Assembly (NCBI GenBank): GCA_018714045.1
Contig: DVNX01000114.1
Span: 1-52,927, forward strand
From: Candidatus Ornithoclostridium faecavium
GTDB lineage: Bacteria; Bacillota; Clostridia; Christensenellales; UBA3700
Reading direction: 5' to 3'
DNA: 52,927 bases
This document shows, piece by piece, positions 38,329 to 48,158 of this stretch. Numbering within the stretch: position 1 is the first letter of the stretch; each line of letters begins with the position of its first letter. Under the pieces are notes generated by a model, which did not search any database, had not been told where the DNA came from, and was given only the letters and a program-made list of their open reading frames with translations. The translations under genes were made by a program, and so were the position numbers.

Positions 38329-38410
38329 CTCGTCATTTCAAATTAAACCGGGAGCAACGCCCCGTGATACCGATTTAATTGCGCGTTGTACGCGCCGACT
38401 ACTCCCCGCG
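38323..38410 (-). ncRNA. yybP-ykoY (Mn2+) riboswitch-like aptamer
   Basis: GCGG-GGAGTA-GTC ... GAC-GAGA-CCGT; P2 GCGCG/CGCGC; P3 AATTAAATCG-GTATCAC-GGGGCG..CTCC-CGGTTTAATT. A TTGACA-17-TAAAAT promoter lies upstream. Confidence 0.75.
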
Positions 38411-38492
38411 ATTGAGCTTTACACGTTTATTTTATAAAATCGATTCCGATCTGTCAAGCATACAGACGATGCACATAAATTTTTTACATTTT

Positions 38493-39101
38493 TTATTTTA
38501 CCGTTTTGCGCTGTGCAACAGACGGAAAACGCCCTTTATCCTCTGCTGTTATCTGACGGATGACTCTGCAAGGATTGCCCGCCGCGACAACGCCCGACGG
38601 TATATCCTTCGTGACCACGCTTCCCGCGCCTATAACGACGTTGCTGCCCACGGTAACGCCCGGCAGTATCGCCACGTTGCCGCCTATCCATACGTCGTCG
38701 CCTATCGTGACGGGCAGCGCGTATTCCAACCCTTCGCTCCTCTCGTCCTTGTCTATCGGGTGACCCGCGCAGTATATCCCGCAATTGGGCGCGATAAACA
38801 CGTTGTCTCCTATCGTTACGCGCGCCGTATCCAGCAATACGAGTCCGTGATTGGCATAAAAATTCTCGCCGATAAAAGTATTATAGCCGTAGTCGCAGTT
38901 GAACGGCGATTCAATAAGAAACTCGCCCTTAGTACCGCCGAGTATCTCTTTCATCAAGGCTTTTCTCTCCTCCCTGTGCGACGGCGGGATATTGTTGTAT
39001 TCGAAACACCTGTCCTTTACCCACTCTCTTTCCTTTGTCAGCTCAGGGTCGTAATTGGGATTGTAGAAAATCCCCGCCTTTCCTTTTTCCTTTTCAGTCA
39101 T
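38493..39101 (-). CDS. Sugar (maltose/galactoside) O-acetyltransferase
   Basis: PFNCDYGYN, hexapeptide repeats, GAGSVVTKD, GNPCRVIR. Confidence 0.93.
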   Translation of the reverse strand: MTEKEKGKAGIFYNPNYDPELTKEREWVKDRCFEYNNIPPSHREERKALMKEILGGTKGEFLIESPFNCDYGYNTFIGENFYANHGLVLLDTARVTIGDNVFIAPNCGIYCAGHPIDKDERSEGLEYALPVTIGDDVWIGGNVAILPGVTVGSNVVIGAGSVVTKDIPSGVVAAGNPCRVIRQITAEDKGRFPSVAQRKTVK

Positions 39102-39298
39102 ATGTCCTCCTTTGCGGTTTTCTCTGTTGCTCCTTAAAAGCGGATTTTTACTTACCGCGCCTTTGCCGTATCTATATATATGATATCATATCTTTTTACG
39201 CGCGTGTATATAACGGACAAATTTTCCGAATTCATACGCGCAACTTAAGCGCGTAATACTGTCCGTGGCGGTTTATCCGAGGCATTGATCCGCTAATA

Positions 39299-39327
39299 AA
39301 AAAGAACCGCCCGAAGGCGGCTCTTTC
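39299..39327 (-). terminator. Terminator after the large lipoprotein gene
   Basis: AAAAGAACCGCC-CGAA-GGCGGCTCTTT. Confidence 0.7.
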
Positions 39328-39346
39328 TCTTTTGCTTTAAGCCGTA

Positions 39347-42300
39347 TCACAGACCGCTGACGCCGGTAGTCACGGTGGAGCCTTCAGGCAGATTCCAGCC
39401 TGCGGGTTGCTCGGTAGCGTCGGTCCTGACGCTGACCGCATTCGCAAACGCTCCCGACTCAATCGTCGTAACTGTGGACGGAATGAATATGCTCTCTATT
39501 TCGTAAGCACCGAACGCATCGTCTGCTATCCTGGTCACGGTATATTGACTGCCGTTATATTCTACCGTCGAAGGCACGGTGATCTTTTTGAGTTTGAGAA
39601 GTATAGCTTCTGAATGAGACCACATATAAGCCGTTCCGTCGACTTTAAGTATAAATTCGAGCGTAACGTCGTATCCTGCTTCCAAACCGCTACCGTTTTG
39701 CTTTACATTGAGCTTGCATATCGATCCCCAGTAAGTCGGCAGTTCGGTACCGTTCTTAAGCAACGTTTCCAGCGCTCCCGCTATATTGCTGATATCGATA
39801 CCCGTAAGAGAAGTAGTATAGTTCCAGCCCATCTTATAGCCGATAAGTCCCGAACCTGTCGGAGCGGAATCTCTGCCCATAAACAGCTCAGCATTGTTCG
39901 CGCCTGTAAACGCAAAGTAACCTATTTCGCTGCATGAAGCGGGCACGTATACGTATTTGAGATTGGTATTCATCGCGAACGCAAGGTCGCCTATCGTAGT
40001 TACGCCCTCAGGCAGGGTCAGGCTCTCGAGGTTTGTGCCGTAGAATGCCTGGTCGCCGATAACGTTTATCGTATCGGGTATCGTCACGACTGACAGCAGG
40101 AATTCGTCTTTGAACAACTGTGCGCCGAGTTCCGTAACCGTATAAGTCTTTTCTTTATAAGTCACGGTAGACGGTATCGTATAGTTGGTCAGCGCACCGA
40201 CAAATGTCAGGTTCTGCGAGATAGCTACCGCTTCGCCGGTACCTCTGAGCAGGTATGTAACGTTGTCTATCTCTACTAAGCCGTCGCAGTTCCATTCAAG
40301 AGTCAGCTTGTCGTTCTTGCTCGTCAATGTATTAAAATTCCAGAACATGCTCCACTTGCCGAGCACGTAGTCGTATTCGATGCCCAGCGTCTCAGGTCTT
40401 TCCATTGCGAGGTATACCGTTGCCGTCACGTTCTGCAACAAGTATGCGCCCAGTTTCATCTCTGCCGCTTCAGCAGGTACGAACACGGTCTGTATGTTGG
40501 TCATGTTCGCGTAGCAATAGTCTGAAATATTGGTTACCGTATAAGTCTTGGCTTCGGTGTCCGTAGCGCCCTTATAGCTGATTGTCGTCGGGATGTTAAC
40601 GTATGCCGTAGTCGCGTTGACGAATTTGTGCAGTATCGCTTTATCTCCACCGTACATTATGACTTCGTAGTCCCCCGTCGCAGTAACGTCGCTTGCTTCC
40701 CAGAACACGTTGCTTTCGCTGAGTCCGCTTGCCCAGAACGCGTTGAAGTTTCCGCCGACCCAGTAAATACCCGTGCCGGGGTTTTCACATTCGAACAATA
40801 CGGTCGTACTTTCGGCAAACTTATCGGAATTCCACACAAGGGCAAGATTCTTATCGTTTGCGCGGAATGCGTATCCGGAAACAGTAACTCCTTCTGGCAC
40901 ATAAACCGTAACGCCCGTAATTTCGCTATCACTCTTTCCGCTTTCTCTTTCTTCGAATATTCTCTCTCCTATTCCAGGCATCTTCTGACGATTCGCATAA
41001 GTGGGTATCCAGATGAAATCAGACGTACCGTTATATTTGATTATCCAGTTATCAGAGCTGAACTCGAAACCTTCCATCACAAGGTTGCCGTAAAGGGTCA
41101 TATCTCCCTGTACGTGTCCGACGGACAATCCGTCCTCGTCGACCTCTGTTATCTCGTCAGGCAGAGCTAAGGCGTAATAGCCGCCGTTGCCGTCCGACAG
41201 ATACCAGCTGTCCCATTCGTAGCCTGCTTCAGCCATCGTGCGGTCGATAAGGCTTCCGTACGGCAGCGTATTGGTGCCCTCGTAAGTTCCGTTGTTCAGG
41301 TCGTAATAGGTGACCGTATAGTTGCGCACAGTCTTGTTATAAAGCGCGGTGATCACGGTGTCTGTATATATCGTCATCGGCTTATCCCAGCCGCTGAACG
41401 TAAAGTCGTACTTGGCGGTGGATGTCTTTGCGAGATCTTCTTCCGTGAACACGCCCGGATCAGCCGCGTAACCGTAAAGCACGGTCTGCGTATCGCTGAG
41501 TCCGTTGCCGTAATAGAACGTGACTTTGTAAGGTCTCAGTTCTTTTGAATAAGTCGCTTTCAGATATACGTCGCCGCCGACGGTCGCCGTCGTCGTGTCT
41601 ACGGATTCGCCCGAAGCGTTGACCCAGCCGGAGAACGTGAATACGTATTGTTCGGTGCTCACCTTGGTCGGGGTCGCAGGCTCTATCGTGTTTATATAAG
41701 TTCCGTAATCAACGGTGACCGCATCTATGGTCGTGCCGTCGTCGTCGAGGAAGGTCACCGTATACTGACGTACCGTTTCCGCAAAGTGAGCGGTGAACGT
41801 ATAGCTGTCGTCGATAAGTCTGACCTTGGCTTCGAGATCGCTGTGAGAAATAAATCCGCTGTCGCCTCTCTCAGTCGTGTAATTCCAGCCGTCGAACGTA
41901 TAGGTATGAGATACGGTCTGCTGTTTGACTATCTGCGTGGTATCGGGCAGTCTGAGCGTATCTTTTTCGTATCTGACGTACTGCGGCGCGCTGAGAAGGG
42001 TCGTGCCGTCCTCTGCGTAGAACTTAACGGTATGGTAGACCTCTATCTCAAGGTAAACCGCGTTCACGGTCATATTCCCTGTAACGTTGAGCCAGTTTGC
42101 GTTTTCCCAGCCCTGGAATATGTATTTGGTCGTTGCCGTCGTCGGCTTTTCAGCTTCTTCCGCGGTAGGAGCGGTCGCCGCCGCGCCGTATTCGACCTCC
42201 TGCACGCTCGTCTTATTGTCGCCGTAAACGAAAGTTACGGTATATTTTCTTATCGTCTCGTCAAACACAGCATTCAGCACGGTCTCGCCCGTTACCGTCG

Positions 42301-44965
42301 CAACATCGAGGTTTACCGCCTTTCCGTTTTCGTCCGCCCAGTTTGCGAACGCGTAAGTATATTCAGCGGTCTGCTCCTTCGTCGGAGCTTCGGGAGCGAT
42401 TTCAGTCAAAAGCGTACCGTATGCCGCCGTCGTCGAAAGAACTTCTGCGCCTTCGCTCATAAATACGACCCCGTAACTTCTCGTCGTCGCCTTAAAATGC
42501 ACGTTGAACGTATAGTCTTTGTCAATGCTCGAGAAAAGCGAATCATCAAGCGCTACCTGTACCGTCTCGCCTTCAGCGTTCTCGTATGTCCAGCCGTCGT
42601 AAGCGTAATCGAACTGAGCGGTAGACGCTTTCTTAAGCCCCGCCGCGTCAGGCAAAGCCACGCTGTCTTTCCTATATCTTACGTACTGCACCTCTGCCAG
42701 AAGCGTTACGCCGTCTTCTGCCACGAAGCGCACGGCATGATAATTTTCGACCTCGATATATACCGCGTTGACCGTGACATCCTCAGTCACGTTGAGCCAG
42801 TTGGAACTGTCCCAGCCTTTGAATATGTATTCGTATTCCGCCGTCTCGCTCTTTTCAAGTCCCTCAGTCGGCTCTGTCGCGCTCGCGCCGTATTCAACGG
42901 TCTGCTCCTCGCTCTTTCCGTCGCCGTAATTGAAAGTTACCGTAAACTTTCTGAGCGTTTTCGTATAGCTTGCTACCTCGGTAAGCGCGCCCGTCACGGA
43001 TGCGCCTTCCTCAGTCTTCCAGCCGTCGAAAGTATAGTCGTATTTTTCGTCGCTGTAAGAAGCCGCGCTTTCGGGGAGAGTTATTGCGCTGCCGTAAGCA
43101 AGGTTGTATCTGTACTCTGCGTCCTCGCCCTTTTCGTTCTTAGCGATAAACACGATATCGTAATGCCTTACCGCTTTATCGTACTCAGCGACCGCGATAA
43201 CGGTACCCGTTACGTTTTCCCACGCGTCGGTGTCCCAACCCGCAAACGTATAATCGAATTCAGCGTCGCTTGCCTTAGCCACCTGCTCGGCAGAAGGCTG
43301 AGCCGCCGACTTGCCGTATTCTATATACTGCGTTTCGCAAAGTCTGTCGCCGTCCTCGTTTACGAAATCTACCGCATATACCCTGACTATTTTGTCGTAA
43401 GTCGCCGTAACGCGGAGATCTCCCGTAACGCAGGAGAAATCTGTATCCCAGCCCGTAAATACGTAGTGGTACTGATCTGTATCGTGAGAAGCGAACTCAG
43501 CGTTCATTCCGCTCGGAGCGTTAGCGCCCTTGCCGTACGCGACCTTGACTTTTCGCGTAGAATAGGTGTTGTCGACGCCGAACTGGAATGTGACTTCAAA
43601 CTCTCTGAGAACGTAATAAGCGTTTACTTTAAGGTCGCTGGTAACGTTGTCGAAAGTAGTGTCCCAGCCTTTAAGCACGTATTTTTCGCTGTCGAATTCA
43701 AACGCCGTGGGAGCTTCCACCTTTCCGCCGTAAGACGTTTTTTTCTCTCCTATCAGAACGCCGTCGAGATAGAAAGAAACTGTGTACATTCTGTCGGTCG
43801 CCTTATATTCCGCGTATATCTTCATGTCAGAAGATACGTTGACTGCCTCTTCGCTCCAGCCGACGAACGTATAGTCGTAAGTCTCGTCCGACTGCTTAAC
43901 GGGATCGGACGCGGGCAATTCCGCCTTACCGCCGAAAGGCACGTACCTGCGGCAATACAGCACGTCTCCGTCGTAGAAATCGACGGTATAATATCTGACG
44001 TTGTTGTTGTAAACTGCGTTTATCACTCTGTTTTCGGTCACGAAACAGTAGTTGTTGTCCCAGCCTACGAAAAGATAATCCGTATTTTCGGTAGGAGCTT
44101 TGTTCAGCTTTCCGTCCTCGTTTGTCGGAGCTACTGCGTCTTCGCCGTATCTTACCGTCTGAGTCTCGCTCTTTCCGTCGCCGTAGTTGAACGTGACGGT
44201 GTAAGTCGCATAGTCGCGCGTTATGTCTGCATTCACTTTCATATCGGACTTGACGCAGGAGAAATCCTTATCCCAGCCCGCAAAGCTGTAAATGCTGCCC
44301 TTTACAGAAGGAAGCGCCGCTTCTATCGCCTGTTGAGAAGGAGCGGTCGCAGCTTTGCCGTATTCCACCTCTTCCGTCTTTACCGCAACGCCGTCCACGT
44401 TGAAAACGACCGTGAAAGTCCTGACGACGCTTTCGTAAACGGGACGCACCTCGATATCTTCTGTAACGTTTGAAAGAGGTTTATCCCAACCCGAAAAATA
44501 ATAATCGTACATTTCGTCAGACGGCTTGTCTGAAGCGCTGACGTATCCGTTAAGATCAGAACCTATCGGGAAATACGCGCTGTAGATGACGAGAGAATCC
44601 GACCAGTCGTAAAAGGTGACCTTAACGACCTCGTCCATATCCAGCCATCTCGCGTAAAGAACGGTACCGTCCTCAGCCTCTATGACCGCGTTGTAATCCG
44701 CGGGCAATTCCCATATCCCGTTGTCGAAATACCAGCCGCCGAAAACGTATCCTTCTCTTTCGGGAACCGAGGTAAACAGAATGCTTATCTCGTCGTCGGA
44801 CAGATTTACCGTGTTTCCTTCCCAATATACGGCGTTTATGCCTGTGGAAACGTCTGTACCGTTTCCGCCTTCGTTTACTGTTTCTTCGGTATCGCAAGCG
44901 ACGAACGCGAACGAGAACGCGACAAGCGCTGCGACCATCATCAATACGGCAAACAATTTCTTCAT
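39347..44965 (-). CDS. Large surface lipoprotein with ~16-17 InlB B-type (Flg_new-like) repeats and C-terminal BspA-type LRRs
   Basis: MKKLFAVL...FVAC lipobox; repeated YTVTF...YG...P..K...Y.F.GWD...VT....V.A.Y units; IPDTINVIGDQAF LRRs. Confidence 0.88.
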   Translation of the reverse strand: MKKLFAVLMMVAALVAFSFAFVACDTEETVNEGGNGTDVSTGINAVYWEGNTVNLSDDEISILFTSVPEREGYVFGGWYFDNGIWELPADYNAVIEAEDGTVLYARWLDMDEVVKVTFYDWSDSLVIYSAYFPIGSDLNGYVSASDKPSDEMYDYYFSGWDKPLSNVTEDIEVRPVYESVVRTFTVVFNVDGVAVKTEEVEYGKAATAPSQQAIEAALPSVKGSIYSFAGWDKDFSCVKSDMKVNADITRDYATYTVTFNYGDGKSETQTVRYGEDAVAPTNEDGKLNKAPTENTDYLFVGWDNNYCFVTENRVINAVYNNNVRYYTVDFYDGDVLYCRRYVPFGGKAELPASDPVKQSDETYDYTFVGWSEEAVNVSSDMKIYAEYKATDRMYTVSFYLDGVLIGEKKTSYGGKVEAPTAFEFDSEKYVLKGWDTTFDNVTSDLKVNAYYVLREFEVTFQFGVDNTYSTRKVKVAYGKGANAPSGMNAEFASHDTDQYHYVFTGWDTDFSCVTGDLRVTATYDKIVRVYAVDFVNEDGDRLCETQYIEYGKSAAQPSAEQVAKASDAEFDYTFAGWDTDAWENVTGTVIAVAEYDKAVRHYDIVFIAKNEKGEDAEYRYNLAYGSAITLPESAASYSDEKYDYTFDGWKTEEGASVTGALTEVASYTKTLRKFTVTFNYGDGKSEEQTVEYGASATEPTEGLEKSETAEYEYIFKGWDSSNWLNVTEDVTVNAVYIEVENYHAVRFVAEDGVTLLAEVQYVRYRKDSVALPDAAGLKKASTAQFDYAYDGWTYENAEGETVQVALDDSLFSSIDKDYTFNVHFKATTRSYGVVFMSEGAEVLSTTAAYGTLLTEIAPEAPTKEQTAEYTYAFANWADENGKAVNLDVATVTGETVLNAVFDETIRKYTVTFVYGDNKTSVQEVEYGAAATAPTAEEAEKPTTATTKYIFQGWENANWLNVTGNMTVNAVYLEIEVYHTVKFYAEDGTTLLSAPQYVRYEKDTLRLPDTTQIVKQQTVSHTYTFDGWNYTTERGDSGFISHSDLEAKVRLIDDSYTFTAHFAETVRQYTVTFLDDDGTTIDAVTVDYGTYINTIEPATPTKVSTEQYVFTFSGWVNASGESVDTTTATVGGDVYLKATYSKELRPYKVTFYYGNGLSDTQTVLYGYAADPGVFTEEDLAKTSTAKYDFTFSGWDKPMTIYTDTVITALYNKTVRNYTVTYYDLNNGTYEGTNTLPYGSLIDRTMAEAGYEWDSWYLSDGNGGYYALALPDEITEVDEDGLSVGHVQGDMTLYGNLVMEGFEFSSDNWIIKYNGTSDFIWIPTYANRQKMPGIGERIFEERESGKSDSEITGVTVYVPEGVTVSGYAFRANDKNLALVWNSDKFAESTTVLFECENPGTGIYWVGGNFNAFWASGLSESNVFWEASDVTATGDYEVIMYGGDKAILHKFVNATTAYVNIPTTISYKGATDTEAKTYTVTNISDYCYANMTNIQTVFVPAEAAEMKLGAYLLQNVTATVYLAMERPETLGIEYDYVLGKWSMFWNFNTLTSKNDKLTLEWNCDGLVEIDNVTYLLRGTGEAVAISQNLTFVGALTNYTIPSTVTYKEKTYTVTELGAQLFKDEFLLSVVTIPDTINVIGDQAFYGTNLESLTLPEGVTTIGDLAFAMNTNLKYVYVPASCSEIGYFAFTGANNAELFMGRDSAPTGSGLIGYKMGWNYTTSLTGIDISNIAGALETLLKNGTELPTYWGSICKLNVKQNGSGLEAGYDVTLEFILKVDGTAYMWSHSEAILLKLKKITVPSTVEYNGSQYTVTRIADDAFGAYEIESIFIPSTVTTIESGAFANAVSVRTDATEQPAGWNLPEGSTVTTGVSGL

Positions 44966-45460
44966 ACTTTCAACTCCCTGTGCCGCCCCTCTGCGGCAAC
45001 CCTGATTTCCCTTTTTCAATTTAAGACGGTTTCTGCCGTCTCAGCTTAAATTAAACTTATATTTTAACGCGTTTACATTATATTATAAGTTTTTTTAAAA
45101 ATCAACGCAATAAATGTAAAATATGCGCGCATAGAAGCACCCGTTTTGTCCATAATTTATCACGATATATTATGCTGTTGCGCATATTTATTTATATCTC
45201 AAATGAAATATCCGCGTCTCTGACAGCCGTCGGACAATGCGAGCCGCCGTACTCATCGTCTGAAAAATTATCGTGCCCGTGTTTATTACACGCTTTAATA
45301 CCGAAAATGACGGAATATAAGTTCCGACTGAGATCGCCTGTCATGTTCGCGAATAAATACGCAAAACTTTTATGATCCGTATCCTGACAGAAAGAAAAAA
45401 GGCGCATTCGCGCCTTCTGCATATTCTTATTCGTCGTCTGAGTTTTAAACGCGCAGTACT

Positions 45461-45931
45461 TTACTTCTGCGGATATTCGTAACGGGGTTCTTTTTCAAGT
45501 TCGCAAAGAAATTTCTTTGCATAGTATTTCGCCATCGAAAGGTTCTGCTCAAGGTAATTGCCGCATTCATCCGCTTTCGCGCCGGGGATATCCCCCTCGT
45601 AAGCGACTATAAATTCAAATGCGCCCTTTACGTATTTCGATATTTCTTCGGGCAAAGGCTCTCCGAACACCAGAAGGTAGCAACCCGTTCTGCAACCCAT
45701 AGGTCCGAAATATACGACGTCGTCCTTTATCTCAGAATTTCTCAGCCAGGTCGCCGCAAGGTGCTCTATCGTATGAAGCGCGGGCTGATCAATGACCGGC
45801 TCACGGTTGGGAGCGGTGATCCTTATATCGAAAGTCGACACCGTCACCCCGTTTTTCGCGTCCTTTCTGGACAGATATATACCGGGTAAAAGCTTTGTGT
45901 GATCGATGCAAAAACTGGCTATTTTCTTCAT
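45461..45931 (-). CDS. luxS: S-ribosylhomocysteine lyase
   Basis: SFCIDH, HTIEH, GPMGCRTG, ECGNY. Confidence 0.97.
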   Translation of the reverse strand: MKKIASFCIDHTKLLPGIYLSRKDAKNGVTVSTFDIRITAPNREPVIDQPALHTIEHLAATWLRNSEIKDDVVYFGPMGCRTGCYLLVFGEPLPEEISKYVKGAFEFIVAYEGDIPGAKADECGNYLEQNLSMAKYYAKKFLCELEKEPRYEYPQK

Positions 45932-46124
45932 ATTGTCATTCTCCTTTTTGCGCCTTGCCGCGCGCTGCCTTTATCGGAAATTAAATATTCGCGGCTCGCC
46001 TTGCGATTTATCGCGCGAGTAGTTTTTCAAAACCTGTCTTCGTTTGATTGCGCCGTATCGCCGCATAAAGCACGCCGTCGACCGTTTTTTCAAGCCGTGC
46101 TTCATACGTATAAGATTACCGCTT

Positions 46125-46153
46125 AAAAAAGCCGCGGCGCGCCGCGGCTTTTC
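46125..46153 (-). terminator. Terminator of the ABC importer operon
   Basis: AAAAGCCGCGGCGCGCCGCGGCTTTT palindrome. Confidence 0.8.
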
Positions 46154-46154
46154 A

Positions 46155-46937
46155 TCATATCATGAGCATCTTGTCGCTTTCTATCTTGAACTTTTCCAGA
46201 AGCTGAGAAACGGTAAGATTTTTCTTCTCTTCTCCCTTTACGTCGTATATGATATTGCCTTCGTTCATCATGATGAGACGGTTGCCGTAACGGATAGCGT
46301 CTTTCATGTTGTGGGTTATCATGATCGTCGTAAGATTGTTCATGCTCGTCAGCTCTTCTGTTACCGAAAGCACCTTGTCTGCCGTCTTGGGGTCGAGAGC
46401 CGCGGTATGTTCGTCGAGAAGCAATACCTTGGGCTTTTTCATCGTCGCCATGAGAAGGGTCAGCGCCTGCCTCTGTCCGCCGGAAAGAAGCCCGACCTTC
46501 GCGGTCATTCTGTCTTCGAGACCCAGACCCAGTATCTTGAGCTGGCTTTTGTATTCGACCTTTTCTCTGTGAGTTACGCCCCACGAAAGACCTCTCATCT
46601 TTCCGCGACGGTACGCAAGCGCGAGGTTTTCCTGTATCTCCATATTAGCCGCCGTGCCCGTCATCGGATCCTGGAACACTCTGCCGAGATACTTCGCGCG
46701 CTTGTGTTCCTTAAGGCGGGTAACGTTCTTGCCGTCCAGCTCTATCGTGCCTTCTTCGGGAAGATATACGCCCGCGATAAGGTTCAGAAGAGTGGATTTG
46801 CCGGCGCCGTTGCCGCCGATAACGGTGATGAAATCGCCCTCTTCCACTTCGAGAGAAAGATTAACTATCGCCTTCTTTTCGTTGACCGTGCCTATATTGA
46901 AGGTTTTGGACACGTTTTTTAAGCTGAGCATACTCAT
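46155..46937 (-). CDS. ABC importer ATP-binding subunit (TrpZ-like)
   Basis: GGNGAGKST, VFQDP, LSGGQRQ, LLDEHTAALDP. Confidence 0.93.
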   Translation of the reverse strand: MSMLSLKNVSKTFNIGTVNEKKAIVNLSLEVEEGDFITVIGGNGAGKSTLLNLIAGVYLPEEGTIELDGKNVTRLKEHKRAKYLGRVFQDPMTGTAANMEIQENLALAYRRGKMRGLSWGVTHREKVEYKSQLKILGLGLEDRMTAKVGLLSGGQRQALTLLMATMKKPKVLLLDEHTAALDPKTADKVLSVTEELTSMNNLTTIMITHNMKDAIRYGNRLIMMNEGNIIYDVKGEEKKNLTVSQLLEKFKIESDKMLMI

Positions 46938-48106
46938 TTGTCCTCACCTCCTGCGGGAGCGACTGAAAACGCTTCCTGCGACTCTTCAGCCTCTTCCAGT
47001 TCCTTTGAACCGTATTTTTCAACGAATTTTTCTTTAGCCTTGACAAGTTTCGCGTGTTGTCTTCTGACCGTCTTTTCGTCTGTACACGTCTTAAGCTGTT
47101 CGGTAAGCGAATTTATGGTAGCGAGCAAAGCCGCGCGTTCGGCTTCTTTCTTTGCCGCTTTTTTCTCGTCGCGTTTTTTCGCATATTCGGCATACTTCGG
47201 ATATTTCGCTATCAGATAGTTGTCCGTCTTCTTTGCCGTCTTTATAAAGAAAGTCTTTATCGCAGGCAGACAAAGCGCGATGACGACGAGTACCGCCGTG
47301 CTCAGCTTTATGTATTCGGTCGGCAGACCCACGTAATAGACAAGCGCGTAAATTATACGGTATATGATACTGCCTATAACCACGCCCGTCAGCGTAATAG
47401 CGAAATTGCTGTTGGACGGGATTATCGTCTCGCCTATGATGACCGCCGCGAGACCCGCGACGATAGCGCCCTGACCGGTAGTCCAGCTCGCCGTGCCCTG
47501 CTCCTGCGCCACGAGAGCGCCCGACAGCGCGATAAGCGCGTTGGAAAGAACCAGTCCGATTATCTTAGTATTGTCGGTATTGATACCCTGTGCGCGGCAC
47601 ATCTTTTCGTTCGCGCCCGTAGCACGGATAGCACTGCCTATCTCCGTTCCGAAGAACCAGTAGCACGCGCCGATAACGGCTACGATGCAGATAGCGCCCA
47701 TGATGAGGATGCTGTATCTGCTCATCATATTGCCGAACACGGTATAGAACACGGGAACGTTGAGAAGACCTATCGCCGCCTTGTTGTCCATCGTGATAAG
47801 AGTGACGGAATACAAAGCCGTAAGGGTGATGATACCCGAAAGTATAGGAGCTATTTTAAGTTTGGTATGCAGGAGCGCCGTTACAAGACCGCATCCCGCA
47901 CCTGCCAATAAAGCAATAAAGCACGCGGTGATACCGTGCCAGCCGCTGTTCTGTATCAGCGTCGCCGCCACAGCTCCGCCGAGTGCGAAACTGCCTTCAC
48001 AAGTCAAATCGGCAAAATCGAGAAGTCTGTAGGTGATATAGACGCCGATCGCCATAACGCCCCACAAAAGCCCCTGATTCAAGCCTCCAAGTAATACTGT
48101 TGCCAT
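46934..48106 (-). CDS. ABC importer permease (TrpY-like) with a charged C-terminal tail
   Basis: DLTCEGSFALGG, IRATGANE, GLAAVIIGE. Confidence 0.92.
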   Translation of the reverse strand: MATVLLGGLNQGLLWGVMAIGVYITYRLLDFADLTCEGSFALGGAVAATLIQNSGWHGITACFIALLAGAGCGLVTALLHTKLKIAPILSGIITLTALYSVTLITMDNKAAIGLLNVPVFYTVFGNMMSRYSILIMGAICIVAVIGACYWFFGTEIGSAIRATGANEKMCRAQGINTDNTKIIGLVLSNALIALSGALVAQEQGTASWTTGQGAIVAGLAAVIIGETIIPSNSNFAITLTGVVIGSIIYRIIYALVYYVGLPTEYIKLSTAVLVVIALCLPAIKTFFIKTAKKTDNYLIAKYPKYAEYAKKRDEKKAAKKEAERAALLATINSLTEQLKTCTDEKTVRRQHAKLVKAKEKFVEKYGSKELEEAEESQEAFSVAPAGGEDK

Positions 48107-48158
48107 TATTTTTCTTCCTGCCCCTCCCCGCCCTCACGGACGGAGAGGGAATGTATTT

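Noticed and set aside
41648-44473. 941-aa plus-strand ORF, and many similar antisense ORFs across the window
   Set aside because: These are shadow frames opposite well-supported genes, caused by codon bias, with no protein motifs
45192-45422. 76-aa ORF downstream of luxS
   Set aside because: No convincing RBS or domain; cannot be supported
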